A DNA stretch of 64,000 nucleotides from an uncultured Luminiphilus sp. (GCA_943789425.1 CALSUB010000006.1:52565-116564), one strand, 5' to 3'; shown: positions 29,738 through 42,000, counted from the first letter of the stretch. Numbers and translations are program-made. The notes: generated by a model not told the origin, from the sequence alone.

Positions 29738-31240
29738 TCAGGCGGTTGCCTCTTCCTCTTCAGCGAACCAAGGGGCGCGAGCTGTCATAATCACTTCAGC
29801 CGCACGCTCTGCCGTCATATCTTCAATATCTAATAAATCGTCGACGCCCTGCTCAGCGAGGTCTTCCATCGTAATGATCCCCTTGCTTGCCAATAAGAAC
29901 GCCAAGTGTCGATCCATACCCTCCATCGTGAGCAAATCCTCAGCGGGCTCATGCGCATCCAATTCTTCTTCTGATGCGATGGCTTGCGTGAGGAGCGCAT
30001 CTTTTGCTCTCGCCCGGAGCTCCTCCGAGATTTCCTCGTCGAACCCTTCAATGTTGTTCATTTCTTCCAGTGGGACATAGGCGATTTCTTCAAGCGTCGT
30101 GAAGCCCTCTTCCACCAGCACCGCAGCGATATCCTCGTCTATATCCAGCGCGACCATAAAGCGCTCGATCACTTCGCCCGCTTCCGTCTCTTGCTTTTCG
30201 ATCGCGTCATCCACACTCATGACGTTGATCACCCAACCGGTGAGGTCCGATGCCAGCCTCACGTTTTGTCCGCCACGACCAATAGCTTGCGCCAGATTGT
30301 CTTCAGCAACCGCGACTTCCATCGTCGAGTTATCCTCATCGACCACGATCGACTCGACCTCTGCCGGAGACATCGCATTGATAACCAGCTGAGCGGGATT
30401 ATCGTCCCAGAGAATAATATCGACGCGCTCGTTATCCAGCTCGTTGGAGACCGCCTGGACACGGGATCCGCGCATACCCACACAGGCACCGACGGGATCA
30501 ATCCGCTGATCACCGGTTTTAACGGCGATCTTGGCTCTTGAACCGGGGTCTCTTGCAGCCGCCCTGATCTGAATGACGCCCTCGGAAATCTCGGGCACTT
30601 CAATTTTAAAGAGTTCAACCAACATTTCTTGGCAAGATCTCGACAAGATGAGCTGCGGGCCCCGTGATTCCGTATTAATCTCAGTCAGAATGGCACGCAC
30701 CCGATCATTAATCCGAAAGGTCTCTCTGCCCACTAACTCACCACGAGGCAACAGGCCTTCGGCGTTGTTACCTAGGTCGACGATAATATTGTCTCGGGTC
30801 ACTTTCTTAACGGTGCCTGCCAGCAGCTCACCTTCTCGACTGCGATACTCATCCGCAATCTGAGCGCGCTCTGCGTCCCTCACCCGCTGCACGATCACTT
30901 GCTTCGCAGTCTGTGCGGCAATGCGCCCAAACCCGACGTTTTCGACCGTTTCCTCGTGATAATCACCAATTTGCAGTGATGCGCTCACTTCCGCTGCTTC
31001 TTCGGTGGTGAATTGCGTTCCCAACAGGGCCATCTCGCTATCCGGCATCACCAACCAGCGACGCTTCGTCACGTAGTCTCCGGACTCTCGATCAATAACG
31101 ACTTGAATATCGGCTTCCTCGTCGTACCGCTTTGCGGTCGCCGTAGCCAGCGCCAACTCAATCGCCTCAAAGATGATGTCCTCGGACACCCCCTTTTCAT
31201 TCGAGACTGCCTCAGCCACCATCAAGATTTCTTTACTCAT
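29738..31240 (-). CDS. nusA: Transcription termination/antitermination factor NusA
   Basis: [44 protein letters not shown]. Confidence 0.99.
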   Translation of the reverse strand: MSKEILMVAEAVSNEKGVSEDIIFEAIELALATATAKRYDEEADIQVVIDRESGDYVTKRRWLVMPDSEMALLGTQFTTEEAAEVSASLQIGDYHEETVENVGFGRIAAQTAKQVIVQRVRDAERAQIADEYRSREGELLAGTVKKVTRDNIIVDLGNNAEGLLPRGELVGRETFRINDRVRAILTEINTESRGPQLILSRSCQEMLVELFKIEVPEISEGVIQIRAAARDPGSRAKIAVKTGDQRIDPVGACVGMRGSRVQAVSNELDNERVDIILWDDNPAQLVINAMSPAEVESIVVDEDNSTMEVAVAEDNLAQAIGRGGQNVRLASDLTGWVINVMSVDDAIEKQETEAGEVIERFMVALDIDEDIAAVLVEEGFTTLEEIAYVPLEEMNNIEGFDEEISEELRARAKDALLTQAIASEEELDAHEPAEDLLTMEGMDRHLAFLLASKGIITMEDLAEQGVDDLLDIEDMTAERAAEVIMTARAPWFAEEEEATA

Positions 31241-31305
31241 CTCTTCGCTCTCTACTTATTGTCGAGGCCAGTTCATGACCGGCCTGTCGTCACAGTATTA
31301 CCGCC

Positions 31306-31782
31306 CTAATGTTTACCCTGGCCAAGTTCTAGCCGGGGAAAAGCCCTGGCTCGATCAATCGATCGCCGGGGCAACTCAAACTCATCATCGTCAATCTGTA
31401 GCGTGATTGACTCGTCATTCATCGCGACCAAAAACCCTTTAAAACGCCGCCTCCCTGCCACCGGCAGCCTTAGCCGAATATCCACTACCTCGCCCTCATA
31501 AGCGGCATAATGTTCGGGACGAAACAGCAATCGGTCTACACCGGGAGACGATACCTCTAGGGTATATTCTCCGTTAATCGGGTTCTCAACGTCGAGCACC
31601 CCACTCACCTGATGGCTCACTTGAGCACAATGATCAATGCTCACCCCGTCGTCGGCATCAATGTAGATCCGCAATGTGGGGCGCTTTCCTGGAGAAACCA
31701 ACTCGATCCCCCACAACTCAAAGCCCATCGATTCTATCGTCGGCTGCAAGAGCTGCATTAAATTCGCTTCCCTCCCCGACAT
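31306..31782 (-). CDS. rimP: Ribosome maturation factor RimP
   Basis: GFELWGIE, LRIYID, YTLEVSSPGVDR; start set at ATG 31782. Confidence 0.97.
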   Translation of the reverse strand: MSGREANLMQLLQPTIESMGFELWGIELVSPGKRPTLRIYIDADDGVSIDHCAQVSHQVSGVLDVENPINGEYTLEVSSPGVDRLLFRPEHYAAYEGEVVDIRLRLPVAGRRRFKGFLVAMNDESITLQIDDDEFELPRRSIDRARAFPRLELGQGKH

Positions 31783-31817
31783 CGTTTTTCCTCCACCCCG
31801 CCTCAACAAGCGGCCAC

Positions 31818-31840
31818 AAAAAAGCCCCAAAAGGGGCTTT
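31818..31840 (-). terminator. Terminator/attenuator hairpin between tRNA-fMet and rimP
   Basis: Minus strand AAAGCCCC-TTTT-GGGGCTTTTTT. Confidence 0.85.
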
Positions 31841-31878
31841 CGATGTGACGGCCAGCAAACACCTCTCTGCCGTCAAAT

Positions 31879-31955
<77 letters not shown>

Positions 31956-32055
31956 TCAATACTCCTCGTGACCGCCCCCTTTTCGGCATCTACTAGTTCA
32001 CAACTAGGTCGACGCAGGCGTCACAGTGGCCATAGACCACAAACTGAGGTCGCGG

Positions 32056-32084
32056 AGTATAGGAATCGTGGGCACCGGCGTCAA
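32056..32084 (-). promoter_or_regulatory. Sigma70 promoter for tRNA-fMet-rimP-nusA-infB
   Basis: TTGACG-N17-TATACT followed by GC-rich discriminator CCGCGACC. Confidence 0.8.
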
Positions 32085-32215
32085 CTGGAACATTTACCGT
32101 ATCGGTCTTGATCACCCAGCATTCTTGACGATGAGAACACAGCGGCACGGGCAACCGGAGAAACTTCCCCTGTATGCTCCCGCCTGACCGATCGATCCCA
32201 AGGCACAGCATGATT

Positions 32216-32260
32216 TGCCAAAGAGAGCTGCCAAAGAGAGTGCCAAAGAAGCTGCCAAAC
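32216..32260. repeat. Four tandem TGCCAAA-cored 12-13 bp units
   Basis: tgccaaagagagc tgccaaagagag tgccaaagaagc tgccaaac. Confidence 0.9.
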
Positions 32261-32383
32261 AATGTGACCATTTCGGTCGCGCTGACTCTCTGCTAGCCGA
32301 AGCCTGTCTGCGGAGCGTAAAAGGCCGACGGTAGGGCAATTCAGGTGCCTATGATGGCTGTCTCCACATAGACTTTAAAAACC

Positions 32384-32410
32384 AAAAAGGCTTCCCGTGG
32401 GAAGCCTTTT
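32384..32410 (-). terminator. Terminator after secG-tRNA-Leu
   Basis: AAAAGGCTTCCC-GT-GGGAAGCCTTTT inverted repeat with T tracts on both strands. Confidence 0.9.
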
Positions 32411-32416
32411 GATAAT

Positions 32417-32502
32417 TGGTGCGGAAGGCGGGACTTGAACCCGCACAGCCAAAGGCCACTACCCCCTCAAGATAGCGTGTCTACCAATTCCACCACTCCC
32501 GC
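32417..32502 (-). tRNA. leuU: tRNA-Leu (GAG)
   Basis: GCGGGAGTGGTGGAATTGGTAGACACGCTATCTTGAGGGGGTAGTGGCC...GGTTCAAGTCCCGCCTTCCGCACCA; long variable arm; follows secG. Confidence 0.97.
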
Positions 32503-32514
32503 AAATTGTGTTCA

Positions 32515-32886
32515 TCACTCGCCTTCAACAGCGGGTGCGTCGTTCAAAGGGAGATCCCCCTGAGAATCCATCGCCGGCATATCACTCACCGGCATATCAG
32601 TATCGGCAGCTTGCGTCATCGGAATCTCGAAACCCAAATCTTCCTCACTTGCCGTTCGGTTGTCGGCAATCACGGCCAAACCAAAGCTACTCGCGAAAAA
32701 AATCGCTGACAACCAAGCAGTCATTCGGGTTAGCGCATTACCGCTGCCGCCACTGCCAAATAAGGTCTGGGACCCGCCCGCACCAAATGAGGCGCCAATA
32801 TCGGCCCCCTTGCCGCGTTGCAGCAAAATCAATGCAATCAGTGCAAGGGCAACCAGCAGATGAACTATGAGCGTTATTTGTTCCAT
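32515..32886 (-). CDS. secG: Preprotein translocase subunit SecG
   Basis: LILLQRGKGADIGASFGAGGSQTLFGSGGSGNALTRMT; start set at ATG 32886. Confidence 0.97.
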   Translation of the reverse strand: MEQITLIVHLLVALALIALILLQRGKGADIGASFGAGGSQTLFGSGGSGNALTRMTAWLSAIFFASSFGLAVIADNRTASEEDLGFEIPMTQAADTDMPVSDMPAMDSQGDLPLNDAPAVEGE

Positions 32887-32923
32887 CAATCGACCTTTTC
32901 GAGGCAGAACTCTAGGGCGCGAG

Positions 32924-32952
32924 ATGATACTGGGCGCGGCCCCCCCTCGCAA
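32924..32952 (-). promoter_or_regulatory. Sigma70 promoter of secG
   Basis: TTGCGA-N17-TATCAT followed by CTCGCGCCC. Confidence 0.6.
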
Positions 32953-32957
32953 CCCCG

Positions 32958-34295
32958 CTAAACGGACTGCCGAATGACCTCAGCAAGACCCTCGGCCAGT
33001 TGCAGATTCTCAGCCGCGTCCCTGCCCTCGATCATCACGCGGATCAGGGGTTCGGTCCCTGAAGGCCTGAGCACCAGACGCCCTCTGTCTGCCAGCAAAG
33101 CCTCCACTCGCTCGCTTTCAGCAAGCGCTGGGGCGCATTGTGTGAGCTCGAAGCCGGCAGCTATCGGCACGTTGATCATGGTCTGTGGGAGTTTGCGCAT
33201 GCCACTTTTTAAACTCAGCAAGGACTCCCCAGAGCCGATCATCGCCGCTAGCACCTGCAAGGCAGCAATAATGCCATCGCCAGTGGTCGCTAGGTCTCCG
33301 CAAATAATATGGCCGGAGGCCTCGCCACCCAATAACCAGCCCTTTTTCGACATCGCCGCCAAGACATGACGATCGCCCACGCTCGCTCTCACTAACGAGA
33401 TCCCGTGCTCCGCTAATCCTTGCTCCATGCCTAAGTTGGTCATCTGTGTGCCGACAACCCCTTCGACAATCCCGCCACGACGCACGCGATCCATGGCGAT
33501 AATGAACAGCAATTCGTCGCCATCGACGACGCTACCGTCTGCAGCGACACACTGCACACGATCACCGTCACCATCAAACGCAATGCCCGCATCGGCCTGC
33601 TCACTCAACACTTTTTCCTGCAGCGCGGCCGGTGACGTCGACCCTACCCCTTCATTAATGTTGAAGCCATCGGGCTCGGCGCCCACTTCAACGACCGAGG
33701 CACCTAACTCAGCAAACACTTGGGGCGCTACTTGATAGGTCGCGCCATGCGCACAATCAACCACCAGCTTCAGCCCACGTAAACTCAACGCCGCTGGAAA
33801 GGTATTTTTACAAAATTCGACGTAGCGACCCGGCGCATCCGACAACCGCGTCGCTTTGCCCAATTCGGCAGAGGGGACGGTCTCCATAGGCTGCCCTAAC
33901 TGAGCCTCGATCTGCAATTCCACCTCGTCCGATAGCTTGCCGCCATCGGCATTAAAGAACTTGATGCCATTGTCGCTAAACGGGTTGTGTGACGCGCTGA
34001 TCACAATACCTGCCGAGGCTTTCTGGCTGCGGGTTAGCATTGCCACTGCCGGCGTCGGCATCGGCCCCAGTAAGGTGACACGGGCCCCAGCCGCTACCAG
34101 ACCTGCCTCCAGCGCAGACTCAAACATGTAGCCCGATACACGAGTGTCTTTGCCGATTAAGACATGGGTCCCGCTGTCGGTTTCGGCAAACACCTTGCCT
34201 GCAGCCCACCCTAGCTTGAGCATAAAGTCAGCCGTAATGGGGTATTGACCTACCGCGCCACGAATACCGTCGGTGCCAAAAAATTGTTTGCTCAT
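32958..34295 (-). CDS. glmM: Phosphoglucosamine mutase
   Basis: [28 protein letters not shown]; start ATG 34295 overlaps the folP stop. Confidence 0.98.
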   Translation of the reverse strand: MSKQFFGTDGIRGAVGQYPITADFMLKLGWAAGKVFAETDSGTHVLIGKDTRVSGYMFESALEAGLVAAGARVTLLGPMPTPAVAMLTRSQKASAGIVISASHNPFSDNGIKFFNADGGKLSDEVELQIEAQLGQPMETVPSAELGKATRLSDAPGRYVEFCKNTFPAALSLRGLKLVVDCAHGATYQVAPQVFAELGASVVEVGAEPDGFNINEGVGSTSPAALQEKVLSEQADAGIAFDGDGDRVQCVAADGSVVDGDELLFIIAMDRVRRGGIVEGVVGTQMTNLGMEQGLAEHGISLVRASVGDRHVLAAMSKKGWLLGGEASGHIICGDLATTGDGIIAALQVLAAMIGSGESLLSLKSGMRKLPQTMINVPIAAGFELTQCAPALAESERVEALLADRGRLVLRPSGTEPLIRVMIEGRDAAENLQLAEGLAEVIRQSV

Positions 34296-35148
34296 CGATC
34301 GAGACTCCGGGGTAACGCACTCCACATTGCCAAAGCATCCGCCGTAGCGGCAACGTCGTGAACTCGCACTATACTCGCCCCTCTCTCAACCGCCATCAGT
34401 GCTAATGCCACGCTCGCGAATACGCGCTCCTCTGGCGCCTTATCCAGCACGCTGGCAATCATCGACTTTCTGGACAGCCCTACCAAAATAGGATGCTCAG
34501 TCAGACACAGGTCTCCCAAGTGCGCCAAGAGTTGGAAATTATGTTCAGCGGTCTTGCCGAACCCGAACCCTGGATCGAGAATAATCCGCTCCTGTGAAAT
34601 ACCCGCTGCCTGACAGGCGCTGAGGCGACCGTTAAAAAAGTCACGGACACCCGACATCACGTCATCGTACTGAGGGTTTTGCTGCATCGTATCGGGCTCG
34701 CCTTGCATATGCATAATACAAAGCGGCAGCCCCGTGGCAGACGCCGCCTCCAGTGCGCCTGCGCGCCGAAAGCCTCTTACATCGTTCAGGAGCCCCGCAC
34801 CCAATCCGGCCGACTCGATCATCACGCTTGGCGTACTCGTGTCCACCGACACCACGGCGTCAACGTGGCGAGTCAGGGCCTCTACGGCACCGAGCACCCG
34901 GTCCAGTTCTTCCGATTCAGAAACAGGCGTTGCGCCGGGTCGGGTCGACTCCCCCCCCACATCTAACAGCTGAGCACCGTCCGACACCATCTGCTCAGCA
35001 CGTTTCAGTAATAGACTGGGGCTCAATGCAGCGCCTTGATAGAGCTGCCCGCCATCAGAAAAGGAATCAGGGGTTACGTTAAGCACGCCCATAATGTGGG
35101 CTGCGAGAGATCTAAGGTGCGCTCCCCGCAGGTGATCACTGTGCTCAT
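34292..35148 (-). CDS. folP: Dihydropteroate synthase; apparent 1-bp deletion near 35099 disconnects the N-terminal 19 codons
   Basis: [40 protein letters not shown]; upstream [17 protein letters not shown] lies in a different frame. Confidence 0.93.
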
Positions 35149-35186
35149 GACCGCGTCATCACCAGTGCGGGGGTTAAGTCAGTCGA

Positions 35187-37103
35187 TCAGTGCTCAGTTG
35201 CGGCACCGCCGATGGGGCTGGCTGTCGACTCCGCTTCACCGGCGTCGGGCGGGGTTCCGCGATCATCGCCAGACCAGTCGGACGGCGGGCTGGGCATCTT
35301 GCCCGCCATAATCTCATCGATTTGTGCCGCATCAATCGTCTCATACTGCATGAGTGCGTCAGCCATCAGATCAAGCTTATCGCGGTTGTCTTCCAGCAGT
35401 TGCCCCGCTTGCGCGTAGCACTCATCAATAATGCTTCGCACTTCCCGATCGATTGCCAAAGCGGTCTCATCCGACATTGCCTTCGCGGGCTGCCCTGCGC
35501 TCCTGCCAAGGAAGACTTCTTCACCCCCCTCGTCATAAAGCAGCGGACCCATTGCCTCGGACAATCCCCACTTTGTGACCATATTTCGAGCCACTTCAGT
35601 GGCACGTTGGATATCGTTAGATGCCCCGGTGGTAATGCCATCTTTGCCCAATGTCATCTCCTCGGCTACGCGCCCACCAAACAAACTCGTAATCTGCGAG
35701 ATGATATGACGACGACTGTGGCTATAGCGATCTTCCTCGGGCAGGAACATGGTCACACCCAGTGCCCTACCTCTTGGGATAATCGATACCTTGTAGACCG
35801 GATCGTGCTCAGGCATGAGCCTACCGACAATGGCGTGGCCTGCCTCGTGAAAGGCGGTGTTGCGCTTTTCAGATTCGGACATCACCATCGACCGCCGCTC
35901 GGCGCCCATCATGATTTTGTCCTTCGCCAGCTCAAACTGATTCATACCCACCAGTCGCAGCCCACCCCGAGCGGCAAACAGCGCCGCCTCATTCACTAAA
36001 TTAGCGAGGTCAGCGCCCGAAAACCCGGGGGTACCGCGCGCAATCTTGGACGAATCGACATCCTCAGATAGCGGTACCTTTCGCATGTGCACCTTCAGAA
36101 TCTGCTCTCGCCCGCGAATGTCGGGCAACCCAACTACGACCTGGCGATCAAAGCGCCCAGGCCTCAATAGCGCAGGGTCAAGCACATCTGGCCGGTTGGT
36201 TGCCGCGATGACGATCACGCCATCGTTCATCTCAAAACCATCCATCTCCACTAACAGCTGGTTCAGGGTCTGTTCGCGCTCATCGTGACCGCCCCCCAGA
36301 CCCGCGCCGCGATGGCGTCCAACGGCATCAATTTCGTCAATAAAAATAATGCAGGGTGACTGCTTCTTGGCCTGCTCAAACATATCGCGCACTCGAGAGG
36401 CGCCCACACCGACGAACATCTCGACAAAATCAGAACCGGAAATCGAGAAAAAGGGTACCTTCGCCTCGCCAGCAATGGCCTTTGCCAACAGTGTCTTACC
36501 CGTTCCCGGTTGGCCCACCATCAACACACCTCGTGGAATCCTGCCACCCAGCTTCTGAAATCGCCCTGGGTCACGCAGAAACTCGACCAGCTCCTGCACG
36601 TCTTCTTTGGCTTCCTCTACGCCCGCGACGTCCGCAAAGCTCGTTGTGATTTGATCCTCACCTAAGAGCTTTGCCTTGCTTTTACCAAAGCTCATTGGCC
36701 CGCCGCGGCCGCCTCCACCACCTTGCATCTGGCGCATGAAGAACATGAAGACAGCAATGATCAACAGAATCGGGAAACTCGCGATGAGCAATTGCGTCCA
36801 CACCGATTGCTGCTCGGGCTTTTTGCCCTCAACAGTAATGTTGTGAGACAACAAATCGTCCATCAACTTAGGGTCTTCAACCATCGGTCGGACGGTCTCA
36901 AACGTTGAGCCATCCTTGCGCTGAGCGCTAATGGTTAATCCATCGACAACCACCTTGGATAGCCGATCCGATTGCACTTCACTGATGAAGGCAGAGTAAC
37001 CAACCTGCTCCGTACTGGTGCGCAGATTGAAATTGTTAAATACCGAAAGCAACACCGCAGCGATTAATAGCCACAGCAATAAGTTCTTAGCCATATTGTT
37101 CAC
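35187..37103 (-). CDS. ftsH: ATP-dependent zinc metalloprotease FtsH
   Basis: Two TM segments, [37 protein letters not shown]. Confidence 0.99.
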   Translation of the reverse strand: MNNMAKNLLLWLLIAAVLLSVFNNFNLRTSTEQVGYSAFISEVQSDRLSKVVVDGLTISAQRKDGSTFETVRPMVEDPKLMDDLLSHNITVEGKKPEQQSVWTQLLIASFPILLIIAVFMFFMRQMQGGGGGRGGPMSFGKSKAKLLGEDQITTSFADVAGVEEAKEDVQELVEFLRDPGRFQKLGGRIPRGVLMVGQPGTGKTLLAKAIAGEAKVPFFSISGSDFVEMFVGVGASRVRDMFEQAKKQSPCIIFIDEIDAVGRHRGAGLGGGHDEREQTLNQLLVEMDGFEMNDGVIVIAATNRPDVLDPALLRPGRFDRQVVVGLPDIRGREQILKVHMRKVPLSEDVDSSKIARGTPGFSGADLANLVNEAALFAARGGLRLVGMNQFELAKDKIMMGAERRSMVMSESEKRNTAFHEAGHAIVGRLMPEHDPVYKVSIIPRGRALGVTMFLPEEDRYSHSRRHIISQITSLFGGRVAEEMTLGKDGITTGASNDIQRATEVARNMVTKWGLSEAMGPLLYDEGGEEVFLGRSAGQPAKAMSDETALAIDREVRSIIDECYAQAGQLLEDNRDKLDLMADALMQYETIDAAQIDEIMAGKMPSPPSDWSGDDRGTPPDAGEAESTASPIGGAATEH

Positions 37104-37208
37104 AACTCTTCCTCTCGGTCTAAAGCCTGCGACGATCGCATTGGCCCGATAGTATAGCGCCTCTCACGGAAACCCCTAAAGAAGCTGATTCACCGCCTAC
37201 TCTGGTAG

Positions 37209-37237
37209 TTATTGGGCCCAATAGACCCAATTTCAAG
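37209..37237 (-). promoter_or_regulatory. Putative sigma32 (heat-shock) promoter of ftsH
   Basis: Minus strand CTTGAAA-N14-CCCAATAA versus consensus CTTGAAA-N13/15-CCCCATWT. Confidence 0.7.
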
Positions 37238-37358
37238 TCAACCCGCTGTCACGGGGTTTCCCTTGCCGCTTTCCCTGTGGCACCACGGTGACCATCGCGC
37301 CTTACTGCACTGCATTTCACCGTTGCTGGCCTAGTGGCGCAACACGACTCTTAGTGTG

Positions 37359-37985
37359 CTACCGCGCCTTAAAGCCGGTGGCCACGATATAAACCTCTCG
37401 AGACCGTGGTCGCGACGCACTGGGCTTACGAGTGACTACGCGCTGAAAGTGACTCCGGATCTCGCGATGCCATGCCTCAAACCCCTCGCCCTGAAAAACC
37501 TTGGTGACAAACGACCCGCCTGAAGAGAGCGTTCCTATCGCCAACTCAGTCGCCAACTCCACCAAATACATGGCACGGGGCTGATCAACCTCAGGCAAAC
37601 CACTCATATTGGGCGCTAGATCCGAGAGCACAGCATCGAGCGGATTACCTGCGAGTGCCGTCACGATCTGGTCATAGGTTGCTTCTTCCGTAAAGTCACC
37701 TTGAATAAACGTGACATCTTCTAATTGGTCCATCGGCAGAATATCGCTGGCTATCACGCGTCCTCGAGCACCCACCAACTGCCCTGCGACCTGAGACCAC
37801 CCACCAGGCGCGCTGCCGAGATCAAGTACGAACATACCCGGTCGCATAATCTGGTCACGCTGATTGATCTCCATCAGTTTATAGACCGCACGAGACCGGT
37901 AGCCTTCTTTCTGCGCCTGCTGAACATAGATGTCGTCGTGATGCTCTTTGAGCCAGGCTCGACTTGAAGATTTCTTTTTCGCCAC
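37359..37985 (-). CDS. rlmE: 23S rRNA Um2552 methyltransferase
   Basis: [43 protein letters not shown]; GTG start at 37985. Confidence 0.97.
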   Translation of the reverse strand: MAKKKSSSRAWLKEHHDDIYVQQAQKEGYRSRAVYKLMEINQRDQIMRPGMFVLDLGSAPGGWSQVAGQLVGARGRVIASDILPMDQLEDVTFIQGDFTEEATYDQIVTALAGNPLDAVLSDLAPNMSGLPEVDQPRAMYLVELATELAIGTLSSGGSFVTKVFQGEGFEAWHREIRSHFQRVVTRKPSASRPRSREVYIVATGFKAR

Positions 37986-38081
37986 ACCTACCTCGTCCCG
38001 GTCCACAATCAACCCCTGCAAGGGGTTACACTAGCGTTTAGTGAGAGTCTACAGCGACATTCTGCCACGCAGGTAAAGATC

Positions 38082-38387
38082 ATGCCCTCCAGTAAAGAAC
38101 TTCGACAATTTAGAGCGCAGGCACATTCACTGCGCCCGATTGTCACCGTCGCCAGTAAAGGCCTGTCTCCCTCGGTATTGGAAGAGGTAAATCGCGCGCT
38201 CACCGACCATGAATTGATTAAGGTCAAAGTCTCGGTTGGCGAGCGCACTGAGCGTGAAGTCGTGATCGCTGCTTTGTGCGAGCAAAGTGGTGCGCACTTG
38301 GTACAACGTATCGGCAACATCGCCACCCTGATCAGACACAACCCCTCCGCCGACCCACGAAAATCCAACCTCCAGAGAAGTCGCTGA
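38082..38387 (+). CDS. yhbY: Ribosome assembly RNA-binding protein (CRM domain)
   Basis: AHSLRPIV, ALTDHELIKVK, VQRIG; divergent from rlmE. Confidence 0.93.
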   Translation: MPSSKELRQFRAQAHSLRPIVTVASKGLSPSVLEEVNRALTDHELIKVKVSVGERTEREVVIAALCEQSGAHLVQRIGNIATLIRHNPSADPRKSNLQRSR

Positions 38388-38608
38388 CGGCAGCAGTACT
38401 GAGCCAGGCTCGCGCGCGTCTGCGTTTGCCTTACTGAGGCGTAAAGTCTGGCAGCCTGCCTCGGTAACGATCAGACGGCGCTGAGTTGAACCCCAGCAGC
38501 CCAGCGGATGTATGGGCGGGAAGCTCCAAAGGGGAGACGGTATGTCGGATTGAACTGCGCAGTCACCTCAACAGAAAACGAGGGAGATGCGCTCGATGTG
38601 ATTCTTTT

Positions 38609-39094
38609 TTAAGTGGCCGAAAGATGCGCAACCGTCTCGATCTCGAAGATCACATCGCCACCGGGCGCGTTCACGACCACCTCATCGCCTTCCATTTTAC
38701 CCACCATGGCACGCGCAATAGGCGAGTTCACTGAGATCAAATTTGCTTTAGCGTCTGCCTCATCCTCACCGACAATCCGATAGGTTACGCTGCGGTCATC
38801 GCTCACATCGATCAAAGTGACCGTCGCACCAAAAATGACCTTGCCTGATGCAGGTATGGTCGTGATATCAATAATCTGAGCATGTGAGAGCTTGTGCTCG
38901 AGCTCCTGAATCCGGCCCTCGGCGAAGCTCTGCTGCTCCCGCGCAGCATGGTATTCCGCATTTTCTTTCAGATCACCATGCTCACGCGCATCAGCAATAG
39001 CTTGAGTGATCCGCGGGCGATCTACCTTCTTGAGTCGCTCCAGTTCATCTCGCAAGGTCTGCTCGCCCTGCACGGTCATGGGTACCCGATTCAT
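38609..39094 (-). CDS. greA: Transcription elongation factor GreA
   Basis: [28 protein letters not shown]. Confidence 0.98.
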   Translation of the reverse strand: MNRVPMTVQGEQTLRDELERLKKVDRPRITQAIADAREHGDLKENAEYHAAREQQSFAEGRIQELEHKLSHAQIIDITTIPASGKVIFGATVTLIDVSDDRSVTYRIVGEDEADAKANLISVNSPIARAMVGKMEGDEVVVNAPGGDVIFEIETVAHLSAT

Positions 39095-42000
39095 ACAACC
39101 CTGCTCTCGTGAATACTGTCATGTAAGTCTTGTAAACGCCGAACCGTGATATCCGTCTCTTGCTCTAACGCCATACATACGGCTTCAGCCGCCGCTAAGG
39201 TGGTAGTGTAAAACACGTTGTGCTGTTCGGCACTGGCTCGGATAGAGGCAGAATCCATGATGGCACGACGACCCTCTGTCGTATTGATGATAATCGCCGC
39301 TTCATCATTTTTAATCAGATCCACGATATGAGGCCGACCTTCCGCCACTTTATTAACCATGCGAACCGTTAACCCAGCATCGGTCAGGGCCTTGGCGGTC
39401 CCTCCTGTTGCCGCCAGCGAAAAACCTCGCGCGACCAGTCTCCGAGCGACTTCTACCGCAGCCGCCTTGTCGACATCGCGAACGCTGATCAAACACAAAC
39501 CAGAGGTGGGTGGATCATCGCCGGCACCCAGCTGCGCACGGGCAAACGCGGCAGCGAAGGTATCCCCCGTGCCCATCACCTCACCGGTTGATTTCATTTC
39601 AGGGCCCAGTATGGGGTCGGTACCCGGAAATTTATTAAAGGGCAGCACAGCCTCCTTCACACTAAAGTATGGAGGGACAATTTCGCGGGTCACGCCCTGG
39701 CTGACCAAGCTTTGACCCGCCATACAGCGAGCGGCCACCTTCGCGAGGGAGAGACCAACCGCTTTTGAAACGAACGGCACGGTGCGAGACGCGCGAGGAT
39801 TGACCTCGATCACAAATATCTCGTCATCTTGCCACGCGAGCTGCACGTTCATAAGTCCGCATACGCCGAGCTCTAGCGCCATTTTACGCACCACCTCACG
39901 CATGGCTTCCTGCACGTCAACGGGCAGACTATACGGTGGCAAAGAACACGCAGAGTCTCCTGAATGAACCCCCGCCTGCTCGATATGCTGCATGATGGCA
40001 CCGATCACAACCTGCTCCCCATCGCTGACCGCGTCGATATCGACCTCAATCGCTGCGCTCAAGAAACGGTCGAGTAATACCGGTGAGTCTTCAGAAACGC
40101 GCACCGCATCGGTCATGTAGCGCAGGAGATCCTCCTCCCGATAGACAATTTCCATGGCTCGCCCACCCAGGACATAAGACGGCCGGACCACCAACGGGTA
40201 ACCAATTGCAGAGGCCGCCTTAACGGCCTGTTCGACGCTGCGCACCGTCGTATTAGAGGGCTGCCGCAACGACAATCCCTCAATCATCTTTTGAAACCGC
40301 TCTCGATCTTCAGCGCGATCGATTTGATCCGGTGTCGTACCGATGATCGGTACGCCTGCCGCCTCAAGCGCGCGAGCCAACTTGAGCGGCGTCTGCCCAC
40401 CGAATTGAACGATGACACCCGTTGGTTGCTCTAGTGCAACGATCTCGAGGACATCCTCGAGTGTCACCGGCTCAAAGTAGAGGCGGTCCGACGTGTCATA
40501 ATCGGTCGAGACGGTCTCGGGGTTGCAGTTGACCATCACCGTCTCGTAACCGTCTTCCCGCATCGCCAGCACGGCGTGAACACAGCAATAATCAAACTCG
40601 ATGCCCTGACCGATACGATTCGGGCCACCCCCTAGCACCAGAATTTTCTTCCGATCGCTTGGCGCCGCCTCACACTCTTCCTCATAAGTGGAATACATGT
40701 AGGCGGTCGAGGAAGAAAATTCGGCGGCACAGGTGTCAACCCGCTTATACACCGGCCTGATGTTTAGCGACCAGCGGTGCGCTCTGACTGCCGACTCGTC
40801 CGCCGACACAAGGTCGGCAATCCGCTGGTCCGAAAACCCGCGGCGCTTGAGTGCCCACATCATCTGATAATCGATCGCTGTAAGCGACACGCCCTCAAGA
40901 CGCGACTCCCATTGAACGATGTCATCGATTTGCACCAAGAACCAGGGATCGATACCTGAGTAGCCGTAGATTTCCTCCAGTTCGAAGCCAGCGCGAAACG
41001 CGTCGGCGACGTACCAGATGCGATCCGCTCCGGGGTTAGTCAGCCGATCCACCAGCTCTGATCGACTGTCCTCATCGACAACCTGCATCTGTGGCTCGAA
41101 TCCCGCAGAACCCACCTCTAAACCGCGCAGGGCTTTTTGCAGTGATTCCTGAAACGTCCGGCCAATGGCCATGACCTCGCCAACTGACTTCATTTGAGTC
41201 GTTAGTCGGGGATCTGCCGTGGCGAATTTCTCAAAGGCAAAGCGCGGGATTTTGGTCACCACGTAATCGAGCGCAGGCTCAAAAGAGGCGGGAGTCGCCC
41301 CTCCGGTAATGTCGTTTTTCAGTTCATCGAGTGAGTAACCCACCGCCAGTTTGGCTGCCACCTTGGCAATGGGAAAGCCCGTCGCTTTTGACGCCAGTGC
41401 GGAGGAGCGCGACACCCGAGGATTCATCTCAATCACTACAAGACGCCCGGTATCAGGACACTGGCCAAACTGAACGTTAGACCCACCGGTCTCAACGCCA
41501 ATCTCCCGCAACACCGCCAGCGAGGCGTCGCGCATAATTTGATATTCCTTGTCGGTCAGCGTCTGAGCAGGCGCTACTGTGATCGAGTCACCCGTGTGAA
41601 CACCCATCGCGTCAAAATTTTCGATGGCACAAACGATGATGCAGTTATCGTTCTTATCTCGCACCACTTCCATTTCATACTCTTTCCATCCAATGAGTGA
41701 TTCATCGATCAACAACTCGTTGGTGGGGGACAGTTCCAAACCGCGACCACAGATCTCCTCAAATTCATCGCGGTTATACGCAATACCGCCGCCCGATCCA
41801 CCCATGGTAAATGAGGGACGGATAATGCAGGGGAAGCCGATGTCCTCGAGTACAGCGTGAGCTGCGTCCATATCGTGCGCGATGCCTGCCCGAGGTGTTG
41901 CCAATCCGATAGCGCGCATGGCGCGATCAAACTTTTCGCGATCTTCTGCTTTATCGATAGCCTCTTTAGTAGCGCCGATCATTTCGACGCCAAATTTTTC

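Noticed and set aside
32216-32260. TTGGCA repeats (minus strand) as sigma54 -24 elements
   Set aside because: No matching TTGC/TGC -12 element at the required spacing.
31993-32339. Small ORFs in the inter-tRNA spacer
   Set aside because: They overlap a clear promoter and a short repeat and resemble no known protein.
35190-35999. Long opposite-strand ORFs over ftsH (also 29436-30080 over nusA/infB and 62066-62962 over acoA/acoB)
   Set aside because: Antisense shadows expected from codon bias in conserved genes.
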